From Candidatus Multivoradales bacterium (GTDB taxonomy: Bacteria > Acidobacteriota > Thermoanaerobaculia > Multivoradales > J023), in the NCBI GenBank assembly GCA_965248925.1, contig CBDFLE010000006.1:3456001-3520000 (forward strand): DNA of 64,000 bases, given 5' to 3'. A program made the translations under genes and the position numbers. Below the pieces are notes generated by a model. That model had not been told where the DNA came from, ran no database searches, and was given only the letters and a program-made list of their open reading frames with translations. Shown piece by piece: positions 1 through 10,134 of the stretch; position 1 is the stretch's first letter, and the number at the start of each line of letters is the position of its first letter.

Positions 1-250
1 AGCAGTACGACGAAGGTGAAGAAGAGCAAGCCGAAGGCGATGGATGTGTCCATCGGGATCCGGAACTGAGCCTCGACGCGCTTCTCGAGCAGCAGCGGCA
101 CGATGCCGACGAAGGCGGTCAGGACGATCGGCCGGAAGCGTTTTTTGCTGGCGTCGCGAATGGCGCTGGCCAACGGTGAGCCGCACGGGTAGGCGAGGTT
201 GACGAAATCGACCATCACCAAGCTGTCGTTGACTACTACGCCGGTGAAAG
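1..250 (-). pseudogene. Decayed 3' fragment of an RND (AcrB-family) permease gene
   Basis: DNA aligns by eye to 19245-19500 (e.g. gttgacgaaatcgaccatcacca, ttctcgagcagcagcggc). Encodes a GVVVNDSLVMVDFVN...KKRFRPIVLT...PLLLEK-like remnant with no upstream part. Confidence 0.8.
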
Positions 251-277
251 CGGGCCGTGCTACTCACCGCGGACCAC

Positions 278-568
278 CTACTTCGCGCCGAGGGCTCTGC
301 TCTCGATCGCTCTGGCCAAAGAAAAGTGCCCTTCAGTCAGCTCAGAGGCTGAATCGCCGGGCAGCCGCGGACTCAGCGAGTCGTTCTTCAGGTGCAGCTC
401 GATCGGCAGCTGCTGGTGTTCCGCCAGCTCCAGGCTTTCGCGCAGGAAGCGGACGGTTGCGGCCGAATCGACAAAGCGGTAATGACGAACGATGGCTTGC
501 TCCGTCGCGGCAGACTGGCGCCAGTGGATCAGGCTCTTGAGGCCGAGTTGAATGCGTTCGGGTTTCAT
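278..568 (-). CDS. Small pterin-4a-carbinolamine dehydratase (PCD)-like protein
   Basis: ATG at 568 with GGAGGGA RBS; pattern W...IVRHYRFVDSAATVRFL...LAE resembles the PCD/DCoH fold but lacks the HHP motif. Confidence 0.55.
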   Translation of the reverse strand: MKPERIQLGLKSLIHWRQSAATEQAIVRHYRFVDSAATVRFLRESLELAEHQQLPIELHLKNDSLSPRLPGDSASELTEGHFSLARAIESRALGAK

Positions 569-948
569 CGCGATCCCTCCTTCGAGGTGAGAGTGCCTAT
601 TCCGACGAAACTGACCAGCCATTCCGATCGAAACCGACCACTTGTCGGAGCGAAGCGACGCTGGCGCTCTCCTCAGTTGTAAGTGTCCACTTTCGCTGTA
701 GCTGGAGCCCTCCTTCCGGCTCTTCTTCTTGATTGATTGTATTCAAATAACCCGTCGTCGGGGCTGTGCGTAGCTGTGGGAAACGCAGGTTGGGGGGCAG
801 GGGGGCGTTTTCCAAGCGGTTGTGGGAATCGCAGAGCGATTTCCACAACCGCGGCAGCTTCCACAGTCCATCTTGGGTCGGGTCCGGATCGGGCCGCAGG
901 CCCGCTGATGGGTCAGGATCGGCGATCGCTTCAGCATGCTCTTGGATC

Positions 949-1713
949 TCACCTTGCCTCTCGCTGGGCGGCCTTGCGAATACCGCCGGCTCTCTTCGCC
1001 CGCATGGAGTCACCGTCCACCGCGAGCTTGTAGGCGCCGTGGACAATGCGATCGAGGATGGCGTCGGCCAAGGTCGGATCGCCGATGACCTCGTACCAGC
1101 TCTCAACCGGTAGCTGGGAGGTCACCAGCGTGGAGCGGTTGCCGTAGCGGTCCTCAAGAATCTCGAGCAGGTCGCGCCGCTCGCTGGCCCCGATCGGCGC
1201 CAGCCCCCAGTCGTCGAGGATGAGCAGGTCTGTGCGAGCATAGCTCTTGAGCAGCTTCTCGTAGCTACCATCACCCCGCGCGATGGCGAGCTGGCGAAAC
1301 AGCCTCGGCACCCGCAGGTACAAAGCGGTGTAACCCTCCCGACATGCCTTGTGCGCGAAGGCGCAGGCGAGAAAGGTCTTGCCCACCCCGGCCTTGCCGG
1401 TGATCAGCACGTTGAGATGCTCGGCGATCCACTGGCACGAGGCCAGGCGCAGGATCTGGCCTTTGTCCAGGCCCCTCTTGGCTCGCCAGTCGATGTCTTC
1501 GATGGCCGCCTGCTCGCGCAGCTTGGCTTTTCGCAACCGCGCTATCAAGCGGCGGCTGGATCGCTCGGTCGCTTCGCGCTCGACCAGCAGCCCGAGGCGC
1601 TCTTCGAAGGAGAGCTCTGAGACATCGACCATCGACAGCTGCTCCTCAAAGGCTTTGGCCATACCGTGGAGCTTGAGCGCGGCGAGTTGATCGAGCGTCG
1701 CGTGCCTCAGCAT
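949..1713 (-). CDS. istB: IS21 helper AAA+ ATPase
   Basis: Walker A GKAGVGKT, Walker B LLILDDWG, DAILDRIVH motif; ATG at 1713 overlaps the istA stop. Confidence 0.95.
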   Translation of the reverse strand: MLRHATLDQLAALKLHGMAKAFEEQLSMVDVSELSFEERLGLLVEREATERSSRRLIARLRKAKLREQAAIEDIDWRAKRGLDKGQILRLASCQWIAEHLNVLITGKAGVGKTFLACAFAHKACREGYTALYLRVPRLFRQLAIARGDGSYEKLLKSYARTDLLILDDWGLAPIGASERRDLLEILEDRYGNRSTLVTSQLPVESWYEVIGDPTLADAILDRIVHGAYKLAVDGDSMRAKRAGGIRKAAQREAR

Positions 1714-3281
1714 GGCGGCGTCTCCTCGCGGCGCGCGGCACTGTAGTAGCTGGCGCCGCGGACGTTGCGGTGCTCGATCGGCGCCGTCACTTCGGTGGGC
1801 TCGGGCGCTGCTTGCTGGTCCAGGCCGCTCTTCAGGATCGACTTCACGCTCTTGTAGGACAGGCCGTGAATGGCGAGCGCGCGGCGGCACGCAGCCTCCA
1901 AACGATTGGCACCATAGGTCTTGCCCAGGCGCATCAGCCCCAGACACGAGCGAAAGCCGTGCTGAGGATGGGAGCGGTTAAGCATGATGGTCTCCACCAG
2001 TTCGGCCGTCGCCTGGCCTGTTTTCGCCGCCCAGCTGATCAGCCGTGTCGGTGTCCACTCCAGGTACGCCTGGTGCGCTTTGGGCATGTGCTCGCTCTGG
2101 GTCGTGTGCCGACCCCGACACCGATTGCGACGATGAGCAGCCACACGCTTGCCGCGATCGAGCACCTCCACCAGTTGCGCCGTCGCCCGCAGATCGAGCT
2201 GCTTCTTGATCAGCTGGTACGGCACACTGTAATAGTGGCCCTCGAACTCGACGTGGTAGTCCGGGGCAACGCGTACCTTCTTCCATTCGGCAAGCTCGTA
2301 GGGCTGGAGCGGCAAAGCACCCAGAGCAGGACGATCGACCTGCTCGAACAGCGCTCGGCGCGAGACGCCCAACACCTTCAGCGGACGGTCGTTAAGCTCG
2401 ACCAGAAGCTTCGCGATGCTCTCGTTGAGCTCTCGCAGGCTGAAGAACTGCTGGTTACGCAGCCGGGCCAGAATCCAGCGCTCCACTTGCAATACACCGT
2501 TTTCGACCTTCGCCTTGTCTTGGGGCTTCCTCACCCGCGCCGGCACCACCGCCACGCCGTAGTGCTCGGCCAACTCCGCGTAGGTGCGATTGATCTCCGG
2601 CTCGTAGCGGCACGGGCTGGTCACGCCGCTCTTCAGATTGTCCGGCACCACCAGCTCGCTCACCCCGCCCAGAGCCGCGAAGGTCCGCACATGAGAGCCG
2701 ATCCAGTCCTCCAGGCCCTGGCTCCACGTTGATTCGGCATAGGTGTAGTTGCTCGCCCCCAGCACCGCCACGAAGATCTGCGCTTCGCGCGCTTTGCCAG
2801 TCGCCGGGTCGATCACCCTCACGGTCTGTCCGGCATAGTCGACGAACAGCTTCTCGCCCGCCCGGTAGGCTTGGCGCAGGCACACATCCAGGCGCCCTTC
2901 CCAGATCCGGTACAGCTGACAGAAGCGGCTGAGACCGTAGCCGTCAGGATGGTCCTCCCGGTACTCCTGCCACAGCAGCGACAGGGTTACGCACTTCTTC
3001 TTCAGCTCGCCATGCACCTTGGTCCAGTCGGGCAAGGCTCGCTGACCACCCCTCCGAAGCGGCTGCGGCCGAGGGTACAGGCGTTGCTCCAGCTCAGCGT
3101 CGCTCAAAGCTGCTACTTGCTCCCAGCTCAGGCCTTCAACCTTGGCTCGCAGCAGGTAGTTGCACACCGTCACGTGGCCCAGCCGAACCGACCGTCCGAT
3201 CTGGCGGTGCGACAGGCCATGCTGCCATTTCAGTCTCAGTACCTCGCGTATCTTGCGCATCGATGTCCTCACTCTCGGCAT
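1707..3281 (-). CDS. istA: IS21 DDE transposase
   Basis: N-terminal HTH, FVDYAG, VPDNLKS, KPQDKAKVE motifs typical of IstA. Confidence 0.95.
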   Translation of the reverse strand: MPRVRTSMRKIREVLRLKWQHGLSHRQIGRSVRLGHVTVCNYLLRAKVEGLSWEQVAALSDAELEQRLYPRPQPLRRGGQRALPDWTKVHGELKKKCVTLSLLWQEYREDHPDGYGLSRFCQLYRIWEGRLDVCLRQAYRAGEKLFVDYAGQTVRVIDPATGKAREAQIFVAVLGASNYTYAESTWSQGLEDWIGSHVRTFAALGGVSELVVPDNLKSGVTSPCRYEPEINRTYAELAEHYGVAVVPARVRKPQDKAKVENGVLQVERWILARLRNQQFFSLRELNESIAKLLVELNDRPLKVLGVSRRALFEQVDRPALGALPLQPYELAEWKKVRVAPDYHVEFEGHYYSVPYQLIKKQLDLRATAQLVEVLDRGKRVAAHRRNRCRGRHTTQSEHMPKAHQAYLEWTPTRLISWAAKTGQATAELVETIMLNRSHPQHGFRSCLGLMRLGKTYGANRLEAACRRALAIHGLSYKSVKSILKSGLDQQAAPEPTEVTAPIEHRNVRGASYYSAARREETPPC

Positions 3282-3593
3282 CCAATCCTCCTTTCAAGGA
3301 GGCTGGAATACCCCAATTGTGAGGAGCGCGCTACCGTCGAACTCCGCCGTGGCCAGGATTCCGATCCAATCTGACCACCCATTCCGATCGACCCGGAAAA
3401 GTGGTCACTTTCGATCGGAATCGATGGTCAGATTCCGTTGGAATCACTGGTCACTTTCAATCGGAATCGGTGGTCGGATTCCGTCGGTGCAGGCAGTGAG
3501 AGATAGAAAAAGTACCTCCGGACCGGCGACAGCAATCTCCAGCCCGGAGGGGGGAGGGACGCGGGCACCCACCTTCAGTAGTTGCCCGCTCCC

Positions 3594-3866
3594 TCAAGAG
3601 GGATCGAGGGACCGCGCGAACTCAATCTCCTTCGCATCGACCTGGACCGCCACCCGCGAACCACAGACAACGATGCCCGGCAGCAGGCCGGCCCGCTCGC
3701 CGAGGAACGACACCAACTCGACAAAATCCAGCGCTTCGCGCCAGCTGATGAAGGCGTAGTACTTGTGAATGAACGCCTCATCCCGTGCCGTGCGAAACCA
3801 GCCGGGAGGGGGGTTGGGAACTGGAGTTGAGCTGGAGGTCTTGCATGGCGATCTCGGCGTCAACAA
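3594..3866 (-). CDS. Second small PCD-like protein (start uncertain)
   Basis: PGWFRT...IHKYYAFISWREALDFVELVSFLGERAGLLPGIVV matches the PCD-like pattern; same orientation as 278-568. Confidence 0.4.
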   Translation of the reverse strand: MLTPRSPCKTSSSTPVPNPPPGWFRTARDEAFIHKYYAFISWREALDFVELVSFLGERAGLLPGIVVCGSRVAVQVDAKEIEFARSLDPS

Positions 3867-4161
3867 CCGGCCTTGAACGGCGGTCGTTCTTGCTGTCGAA
3901 ATCCTCTGCTGTGGCGCCGCCTGAGTCAGCGGAGACTCTTTCCCAAGGTGGCCGTCAGCATTGGGAGTACCGGAATCCCAGGCTTCACTCCTGTGACCTA
4001 GATCGCAGTTTGAAGTCGCAATCTGGCTGCCCCCTTCTCATTTTGGCAGCGCAATGTGGCGCTTGAGTCGCCAGGGTTCCCCCAACCGGGTCGGACAATC
4101 GGGTCATGCGGACTCGGTTTGTGCCAACCGGTAGAAGGAGTTAACTATGGGGAATTCAACT

Positions 4162-5855
4162 TCAGGTGGCGGGCGAAGCGAAGGGCCGAGACAGGGATGG
4201 GCAGATTTCGTCGCTTGCGGGTTTGCTGCAGGCAGATTGTTCCGGGGTGGTTGCTTTCTCTAGCAATGCTAGTGCCTTGCTGGCTTCGCGATCGATTTTG
4301 AGCTTCAGGAGGATAGGCAAGGCTTCGGCCAAGGCGCTCTTGACCTTTGAGTAGCGGCCTTGATCGTCGTAGAGGATTGCAAGATCCAGAGCCACTCCGG
4401 CACGAGAGCCGATATCGCCACAGCGCCGAAAACCTTCGCAGGCTAACGTCAGAAGGGCCTCTGCCTCGGTCGGAACACCCTCGGCACTGGCGACGAGACC
4501 GTCCACCCAATCCAGCGATGGGAAGACGGACAGGTCGGAGAGACTACCGGCAATCTTTTTGGCACGATCTACGGTCGAGCGAGCCAGCTCCTTCTGGCCA
4601 TTCAGAGCCTGGGCAGTTGCCAACAACGAGAGGGCGGAGAGTTCCAGCCGACTCTCCGGCTTTCTCACCAGATCCTCAAGAGCCTCGCCTAACTCTCCGA
4701 TCGCCTTGGAGTCACCGGAATAGCAAAGGATACGAGCGCGAGAGATACGCGCTTGGACGTATCGATGCAGGTTGTCTAACTCGCGGAAGATCGGCACCGC
4801 CAAGGCGGCTAGATCGAGTGCCTCCTGGAAACGTCGCTGATCGAGGCGTAAGGCAGACCGATAGTCTAGGATCTCGGCCTTGACGAAAAGTGCGCTCTTT
4901 CCAGATCGATATCCCAACTCGATCTCCGCTTGATGGAAAGCCTGCTCGGCGCCGGGAAACTCCAGGGCCAGGCGACGGGCATTGCCGATCCAGGCCCCGG
5001 CTTGGGCGCGCAAGATGCGGGCGTCGTCTTCCAGAATCTCGGTACTGACATTGACACTGTCAAGTGCCATGAGCGCGATATCGACCCCTCGTTGGCGGTC
5101 CTTACGGCCCTCTTCTCGACTCTTGCGCAGCAGCACGTCGAAAAACGCTCTAGTGTGAAACGCAACGCGGCTCACCCGTTGCGCTGCCGATCCGGCGACT
5201 GTTCGGCAATCTCCCGCCACAGCTCAGCGGCCATGATTCGTTCGTATTCACGCCCGTCATCGTACTCCACGCGGGGCTGGGATTCGTCGTCTGAATCGGC
5301 TGATCTGTGCCCCAGAGCCCGGGGGTAAATAGCTTGTAGATACTGGCCGAGTTGCTGCTGCTCCTGCTCGTCGATCTGACCGAGCACCGCTCGGCGCAAG
5401 AACGCCTTGTCCAGGATCTTCTCTGGCGATACCTCGGGGGAGCGCGAACTTGCCTTCGCCAGCGCGCGGACGGCTGAAGGATGGGTGCCATCCCAGGTGC
5501 TGAAAGCTCGGGAGAAGCTCGCCGACCGACCATACCCGACCAAATCAGAGATTTTCGCCACCGGCAAGTCTGTGTGCAGCAGCAGTCGTTTGGCGGTTTC
5601 TAGACGCTTGCCTCGGATGTAGTCCCCCAGCGGCACTCCCACCGATCTGGCAAACTCACCGCTCACCGACTTGTCCGAGATGCCACAGTCCCGCCGCAGT
5701 TGCTGGACATTCAAGCCGGGATCGAAGAGATACTCTTTCAGATGCGCCAGCAACTGCTGGGGCCTTCCTTTGGCCTCCGCCAAGTCACTTCTGATCTGCT
5801 CCAGACTGGCTTCGGCAGCGTCATTGAGCAAGTTGTGGTCTTGGTCGAGTCCCAT
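4162..5855 (-). pseudogene. AraC-HTH plus TPR-like helical regulator split by a frameshift near 5180
   Basis: 5172-5855 has an AraC double HTH (RLETAKRLLLHTDLPVAKISDLVGY..ASFSRAF). 4162-5220 is TPR-like. The two ORFs overlap in different frames with no evident RBS for the second. Confidence 0.65.
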
Positions 5856-6198
5856 GCTGCTCCTCCCCAGGATTGCGATATCTTTGCAGTTGCGCGACCT
5901 ACCTTACCAGAAGCCTTGCCCTTCCAATCTGCGCTTTCGAGCCCTCTAGAGCGACGCCGGCCAGCCATCCTCCGTCGCTGCTCGACTTCTCATTTCGGCG
6001 TAGCATTTCGCCGGTGGCTTCTCATTCTGAATGTGCAATGTGGCAGTTCGAGAGCTGGGTTCTCCATGCTTCGCCGCAGCAATCCCCTGGCTAGGGGAAG
6101 AGGCTAAGGGGGCCAATTCGTCGCTATCGCGGCTATGGAGAGGGTGGTTGAAATCTCCGCAGGTAGAGATATCTCTTCATTTCTGAGCACTATTATTC

Positions 6199-6227
6199 TT
6201 GACAACAACTCTTCAGCTCCCTATGGT
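6199..6227 (+). promoter_or_regulatory. Sigma70-type promoter TTGACA-17bp-TATGGT, probably leaderless
   Basis: TTGACA 6199-6204, TATGGT 6222-6227, ATG at 6234. Confidence 0.6.
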
Positions 6228-6233
6228 TTTAAG

Positions 6234-7298
6234 ATGCCACAGGCACTTCAGTCATTTTTGGGCGGATTGGTTACGGTGATCTTCGCGGGGCTGGGCGCGT
6301 CGGCAGTGGTGGCGGACGCACCCAGCTGGAAGCTCGCGCACCGGGCGGAGCTAACACCAGACACAACAGGAATTGTCGTCTGGGACGAGCAGACCTTCGG
6401 TCTCTGGAATCCCGGCGCTGGCCGGGTTCAGCTGATGGCGCCGAGTGGTGAGCTGGGCGCGGTGGTGCAATTCGATCGGTTGCTGAGCCCAATCAAGAGC
6501 CAGGGTCCCCAGTTCCCGGATCCGCTGCTGCGAATTGGACGTCGGGTCTACTGGTTGTCGCGGCCGACAGGGACCGTGGCGGTGTTCGACCCTACGGGAT
6601 CTTTTGTCGAGTTGCTCGCAACTCCCGCCAGCGTAGTGACCTCGATCGCTCGCGCAGACGACGGCAGTGTTGAGGTGTTCGGCTTCCGCCCAGAGTCACT
6701 CTATGCCGGGGCCGAGAAGTTCTCTAGCAGCGGTCGCCGGTCGGGATTCATCCCTTCGTGGTTGCAGGCACAGGTGACGACTTTGCCTACTTACCTGGAA
6801 ACGCATCTGGCCCGTGTCGGCGGTAGCCGGTTCGAGGTCTTGGCGCATTTTCCCCATGCCCGGGTGACCCGAGGCGACTCCAGCCGCGTCGTCGACCTAT
6901 TGGCGACTTGCCCGACCCACGAGTTCCGTATCCTTTTTGAGCAGCACTACGAAAAGCTGCGACAAACGCGGGGCTGGCCCGAACCTCTCGGTCCAGGATT
7001 CGACCCCGAAGGGCTCTTGTATATGGCTGCTCTGGAGTTGACCGAATTGCCGCAAGGGGTCTTGGCGTTGGTCAATGGGGGGTTTCTAGTTTTTCTGCCG
7101 AGTGATCTTGCCGCGTCAATCAGTTGCTTTAGAACGCCGACATCCAACCCCACCGGCGGAGCGGTTTCACTCGCTTGGACTGGCCGAAGGCTCGGGTTGG
7201 TTCTAGTCGGGCCTGGCACCACGCCGGTCGTAGAGCTGTGGGATGTGGCTGATCACCAGGAGTTCTCTGGCGGTACTTTAGTTTTAGGAGAGAGGTAA
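6234..7298 (+). CDS. Secreted protein, possible 6-bladed beta-propeller
   Basis: Signal-like N-terminus (MPQALQSFLGGLVTVIFAGLGASAVVA); NHL-like strands (GRVQLMAPSGEL, TVAVFDPTGSFV, EKFSSSGRR). Confidence 0.6.
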   Translation: MPQALQSFLGGLVTVIFAGLGASAVVADAPSWKLAHRAELTPDTTGIVVWDEQTFGLWNPGAGRVQLMAPSGELGAVVQFDRLLSPIKSQGPQFPDPLLRIGRRVYWLSRPTGTVAVFDPTGSFVELLATPASVVTSIARADDGSVEVFGFRPESLYAGAEKFSSSGRRSGFIPSWLQAQVTTLPTYLETHLARVGGSRFEVLAHFPHARVTRGDSSRVVDLLATCPTHEFRILFEQHYEKLRQTRGWPEPLGPGFDPEGLLYMAALELTELPQGVLALVNGGFLVFLPSDLAASISCFRTPTSNPTGGAVSLAWTGRRLGLVLVGPGTTPVVELWDVADHQEFSGGTLVLGER

Positions 7299-7552
7299 TG
7301 AAACGTCTTCTAGCAATCACAGTGCTCATCATCGTCTTGTCTAGCATCTTTGTCAACGAGACCAATGGCTACATTTGGGACTGCGAGACTCCGACAGCTT
7401 GCCCTCACTGGGCTGCCTGCGAGGGAGACATTGTGTACGCCAGTGGGTGTGACTATCAGTGCTACTACTTCTTCCTTGGTGGATGGTTTCCGGCCGGTTC
7501 GGCCAGGTGCTCTTCCGGCGGCGCTGGACCCATACCAGATGTCAAGTTTTGA
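7298..7552 (+). CDS. Small secreted Cys-rich peptide (84 aa, 6 Cys)
   Basis: AGGAGAGAGG RBS, TAATG coupling, MKR plus hydrophobic signal, six Cys in the mature part. Confidence 0.7.
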   Translation: MKRLLAITVLIIVLSSIFVNETNGYIWDCETPTACPHWAACEGDIVYASGCDYQCYYFFLGGWFPAGSARCSSGGAGPIPDVKF

Positions 7553-7564
7553 CCCTGCTGATGG

Positions 7565-9658
7565 ATGCATGTGAAGCTAACCGATCAGGCAATCTTGCTG
7601 CTAGCTCTGGCATTGGCCTGCGGCTCTGCTCTTGCTGAGGATTGGCAGGACTTCGAGATCGCCCGTTGTCAGGTCGAGGCGGCGGCTGTAGTTGGACCGC
7701 TGCCGGGTTCCGAGACCGGCAAGTGGCGAACAGCGCAACTCGGCGGAATCGGTGAAGTTCAGTGCTCCGGGCCGGATTTCGAGCCAGTCGATATCTGTCT
7801 CGGCGGTTCCGAGGTATGTCCCCTGGCGGCCGAGCCGGAGATCGATCTCATTGAGCTACGGCCCGCTAGTCAGCAGCGCTGGCGTTTGGCGGACGGGCAA
7901 CAACCAACAGCCCTGACTGTCGAGTGGCGCCAAGAGGCGGCAGCGCGCTCCCACCGGCTAGCGAAACGTCGCGTGATGTCGACGGCGGCCAGCTTTTCCT
8001 TGCCGGTGGCCTGTGGCGAGGCTCGCATCCTTAGAATTCACCGGCCGGGCTGCTCGCCCCACTCTTTCTACTTCGCGGGGGAGAGAAGAGCAACCGAGCT
8101 AGTCCTTCCATCTTGCCAGATTGGTGGCGAAATCTCCGGCTTGCTGCCGCGGGAGATCTTCGTTCCGCAGAGTTTTCGCCTGGCATCTGGCGAGCTTCTG
8201 CAAGTCGACAGCTCGGGTTGGTTCGCGGCTGCCGGGCTCGCTCCGGGTGAGCACTCGTTGCTACCGATCTATCGCGGTGGGGTCGCAGGGTCGCCAATTG
8301 AGGTCGTAGTCAAGACCGGTGAGACCCGCGAATTGCTGCCCCTACCCTTGCCACCGGTCGGAGCCCTGGACCTCGCTCTTGACCCAGCCCTCTGCGCCGA
8401 GACTCTCGGCATGAAAAGGCGGGTGGAGTTGGTGCGCTTGGTGCTGGCGGATGAGGGAAGGAGCGAAAGCTACGAGCCGCTGCACAGGCTGCCCTTGCCG
8501 AACGGAGCATGCCACCTGTGGCTCGAAGGGCTGTCGGTGGGTAGCTTTGATCTCCGCCTAACCGCCATTGGCAACGGGCAGCCGACCCAGCTTTCAAAGT
8601 CTTTTGACGTTTCAGTTGGTGAGGTGACCACTTTGCTACTCGGCGACCAACCAGTGGTGGTTGCCGGCCGAGTGGTGACGGTGGACGACGAGCCGGTGCC
8701 TGACGTTGGGCTAGAGTTCGCCCGCCACAGCTCGGCGGATCGGCTGCGGGTGCGCAGCGACGCCAATGGCGAGTTCGAGGCACGGCTGCCCGCGGCCGGC
8801 AACTACTCAGTGCTTGTCCTAACCACACCTTACCTGCCCACCCACAGCCTGACTCGCACCTTCCCCCCCGGTCACCACCAGCTCACCATCGAGATCCCAG
8901 GTGGTGTTATTCACCTCAGCGTCGAGCGCGCCGACGGGGCCGAATTCGATTCACCTGTCGAGCTGCGATTCGATCCACTAGGTAGTAATGACCTCTTCGG
9001 CGGGTTTCTACTACCGGAAGAGGACAAGGAGATCGATCTGCTCGGTGTCACCCTGGGCCGCTACAGTATTTCAGCCACATCAGATCAGGCTTCGACCGAC
9101 GATCCCACCGTGATCGAACTGAGCGAAAAGTCACCGATTGCCCATGTTGAACTGCTGCTGACATCGCGCAGCTATAGACTGCGTTTGGTCGACGGGCAAG
9201 GAAGGCAGGTAGCTGGCGCCAGGGTGGTGATCACCGGTCGTCATCAGCTGGAGCTAGGTTCTGGAATCTTCGACCTGGCAGGCACGGCTCCCGGACGAAC
9301 CTTGCGGATTAATCCGCCGGCCGGCTATCTGCCCGTTTGTAGAATTCTGACCCGCCAGACCAACTTGACGGTCGAGCTGAGAGCCACCACCGCTCAGGCG
9401 GTGATCGTCCTGCCTGCTGAAGCTCGGCCCACACCTCGCCAGATTGTAGGCAGCCTCAGTGGCCTGCCCGGCTCGAATTGCCCGGTGTGGGTTTCGGCCC
9501 CTCCTGGAGGGCACTACGATGAGCGCGGGCTTCGTCTGGAGCTAGCATTGATGCCTGGAGTCTTCGTTTTCCGTGCTTTCGGCAAGGAGCACTCGCTGGC
9601 GGTGCCTGGCCCTCCACTGATTCTCGGTGGCACCGTTGACGCCGGGGAGAACAAGTAG
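7565..9658 (+). CDS. Secreted carboxypeptidase-regulatory-like (beta-sandwich) repeat protein
   Basis: Signal peptide; motifs VAGRVVTVDDEPVPD...SDANGEFE...GNYSV and LVDGQGRQVAGARV. Confidence 0.75.
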   Translation: MHVKLTDQAILLLALALACGSALAEDWQDFEIARCQVEAAAVVGPLPGSETGKWRTAQLGGIGEVQCSGPDFEPVDICLGGSEVCPLAAEPEIDLIELRPASQQRWRLADGQQPTALTVEWRQEAAARSHRLAKRRVMSTAASFSLPVACGEARILRIHRPGCSPHSFYFAGERRATELVLPSCQIGGEISGLLPREIFVPQSFRLASGELLQVDSSGWFAAAGLAPGEHSLLPIYRGGVAGSPIEVVVKTGETRELLPLPLPPVGALDLALDPALCAETLGMKRRVELVRLVLADEGRSESYEPLHRLPLPNGACHLWLEGLSVGSFDLRLTAIGNGQPTQLSKSFDVSVGEVTTLLLGDQPVVVAGRVVTVDDEPVPDVGLEFARHSSADRLRVRSDANGEFEARLPAAGNYSVLVLTTPYLPTHSLTRTFPPGHHQLTIEIPGGVIHLSVERADGAEFDSPVELRFDPLGSNDLFGGFLLPEEDKEIDLLGVTLGRYSISATSDQASTDDPTVIELSEKSPIAHVELLLTSRSYRLRLVDGQGRQVAGARVVITGRHQLELGSGIFDLAGTAPGRTLRINPPAGYLPVCRILTRQTNLTVELRATTAQAVIVLPAEARPTPRQIVGSLSGLPGSNCPVWVSAPPGGHYDERGLRLELALMPGVFVFRAFGKEHSLAVPGPPLILGGTVDAGENK

Positions 9659-9671
9659 GCTGCTGCGAGCC

Positions 9672-9916
9672 TCATGCGCTGGTGCTGGGTTCCTCGTTCC
9701 AATCTTCGAGCCTCAGACCTTCAATGCGCTGAAAGTGCCGCGTGTTATGGGTTACCAGGGTGGCACCGAGGCTCAGCGCGTGGGTGGGGGGCTGGGCCTG
9801 GACGCTCTTCTCAAGCAGCAGCGGTGCGAGGCCGACGAAGGTGGTCAGCGAGGTCAGCAGGATGGGGAGGAAGCGCTTCTTGCCGGCTTGGCGAATGGCT
9901 CGGGTCAGCGGCCGCC
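9672..9916 (-). pseudogene. Chimeric remnant: RND 3' fragment (about 9792-9916) joined to a VapC/PIN C-terminal fragment (about 9672-9785)
   Basis: [36 protein letters not shown] nearly matches the RND at 19146-22331; [28 protein letters not shown] is a typical VapC end. Confidence 0.8.
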
Positions 9917-10134
9917 ATCGCGGTGATGGGTGGTGAGCCCGCAAAGTTCTCTCCCGCACCCTGGCGGCGGTGACCGCCGATTCCCGCTAGCCGGGGTTCG
10001 ATACCGGCGTGTTGCAAACCTGAAACGTCTGGGCGATACCCAACCTTCGCTGGACAGACCGCGACCTGCTGCGGTTGCTAAGCCGAAGCCTGCCGGACAG
10101 GCTCCGCGGCGGTGATCGAGTGGCCGAGTGTTGC

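Larger units (their letters stand above)
594..3495 (-). mobile_element. IS21-family insertion sequence (2902 bp)
   Basis: Ends TGCCT...AGGCA (TG...CA) with imperfect terminal IRs, multiple subterminal repeats (3370-3490), istA-istB pair, and direct repeat GTGAGAG at 587-593 and 3496-3502. Confidence 0.95.

Noticed and set aside
1770-2732. Long antisense and alternate-frame ORFs over istA, RND, rhs and primase genes
   Set aside because: Shadow ORFs expected in high-GC DNA, overlapping well-supported genes.
3360-3495. Short repeats resembling a CRISPR array
   Set aside because: No unique spacers; they are IS21 subterminal transposase-binding repeats matching the other end.
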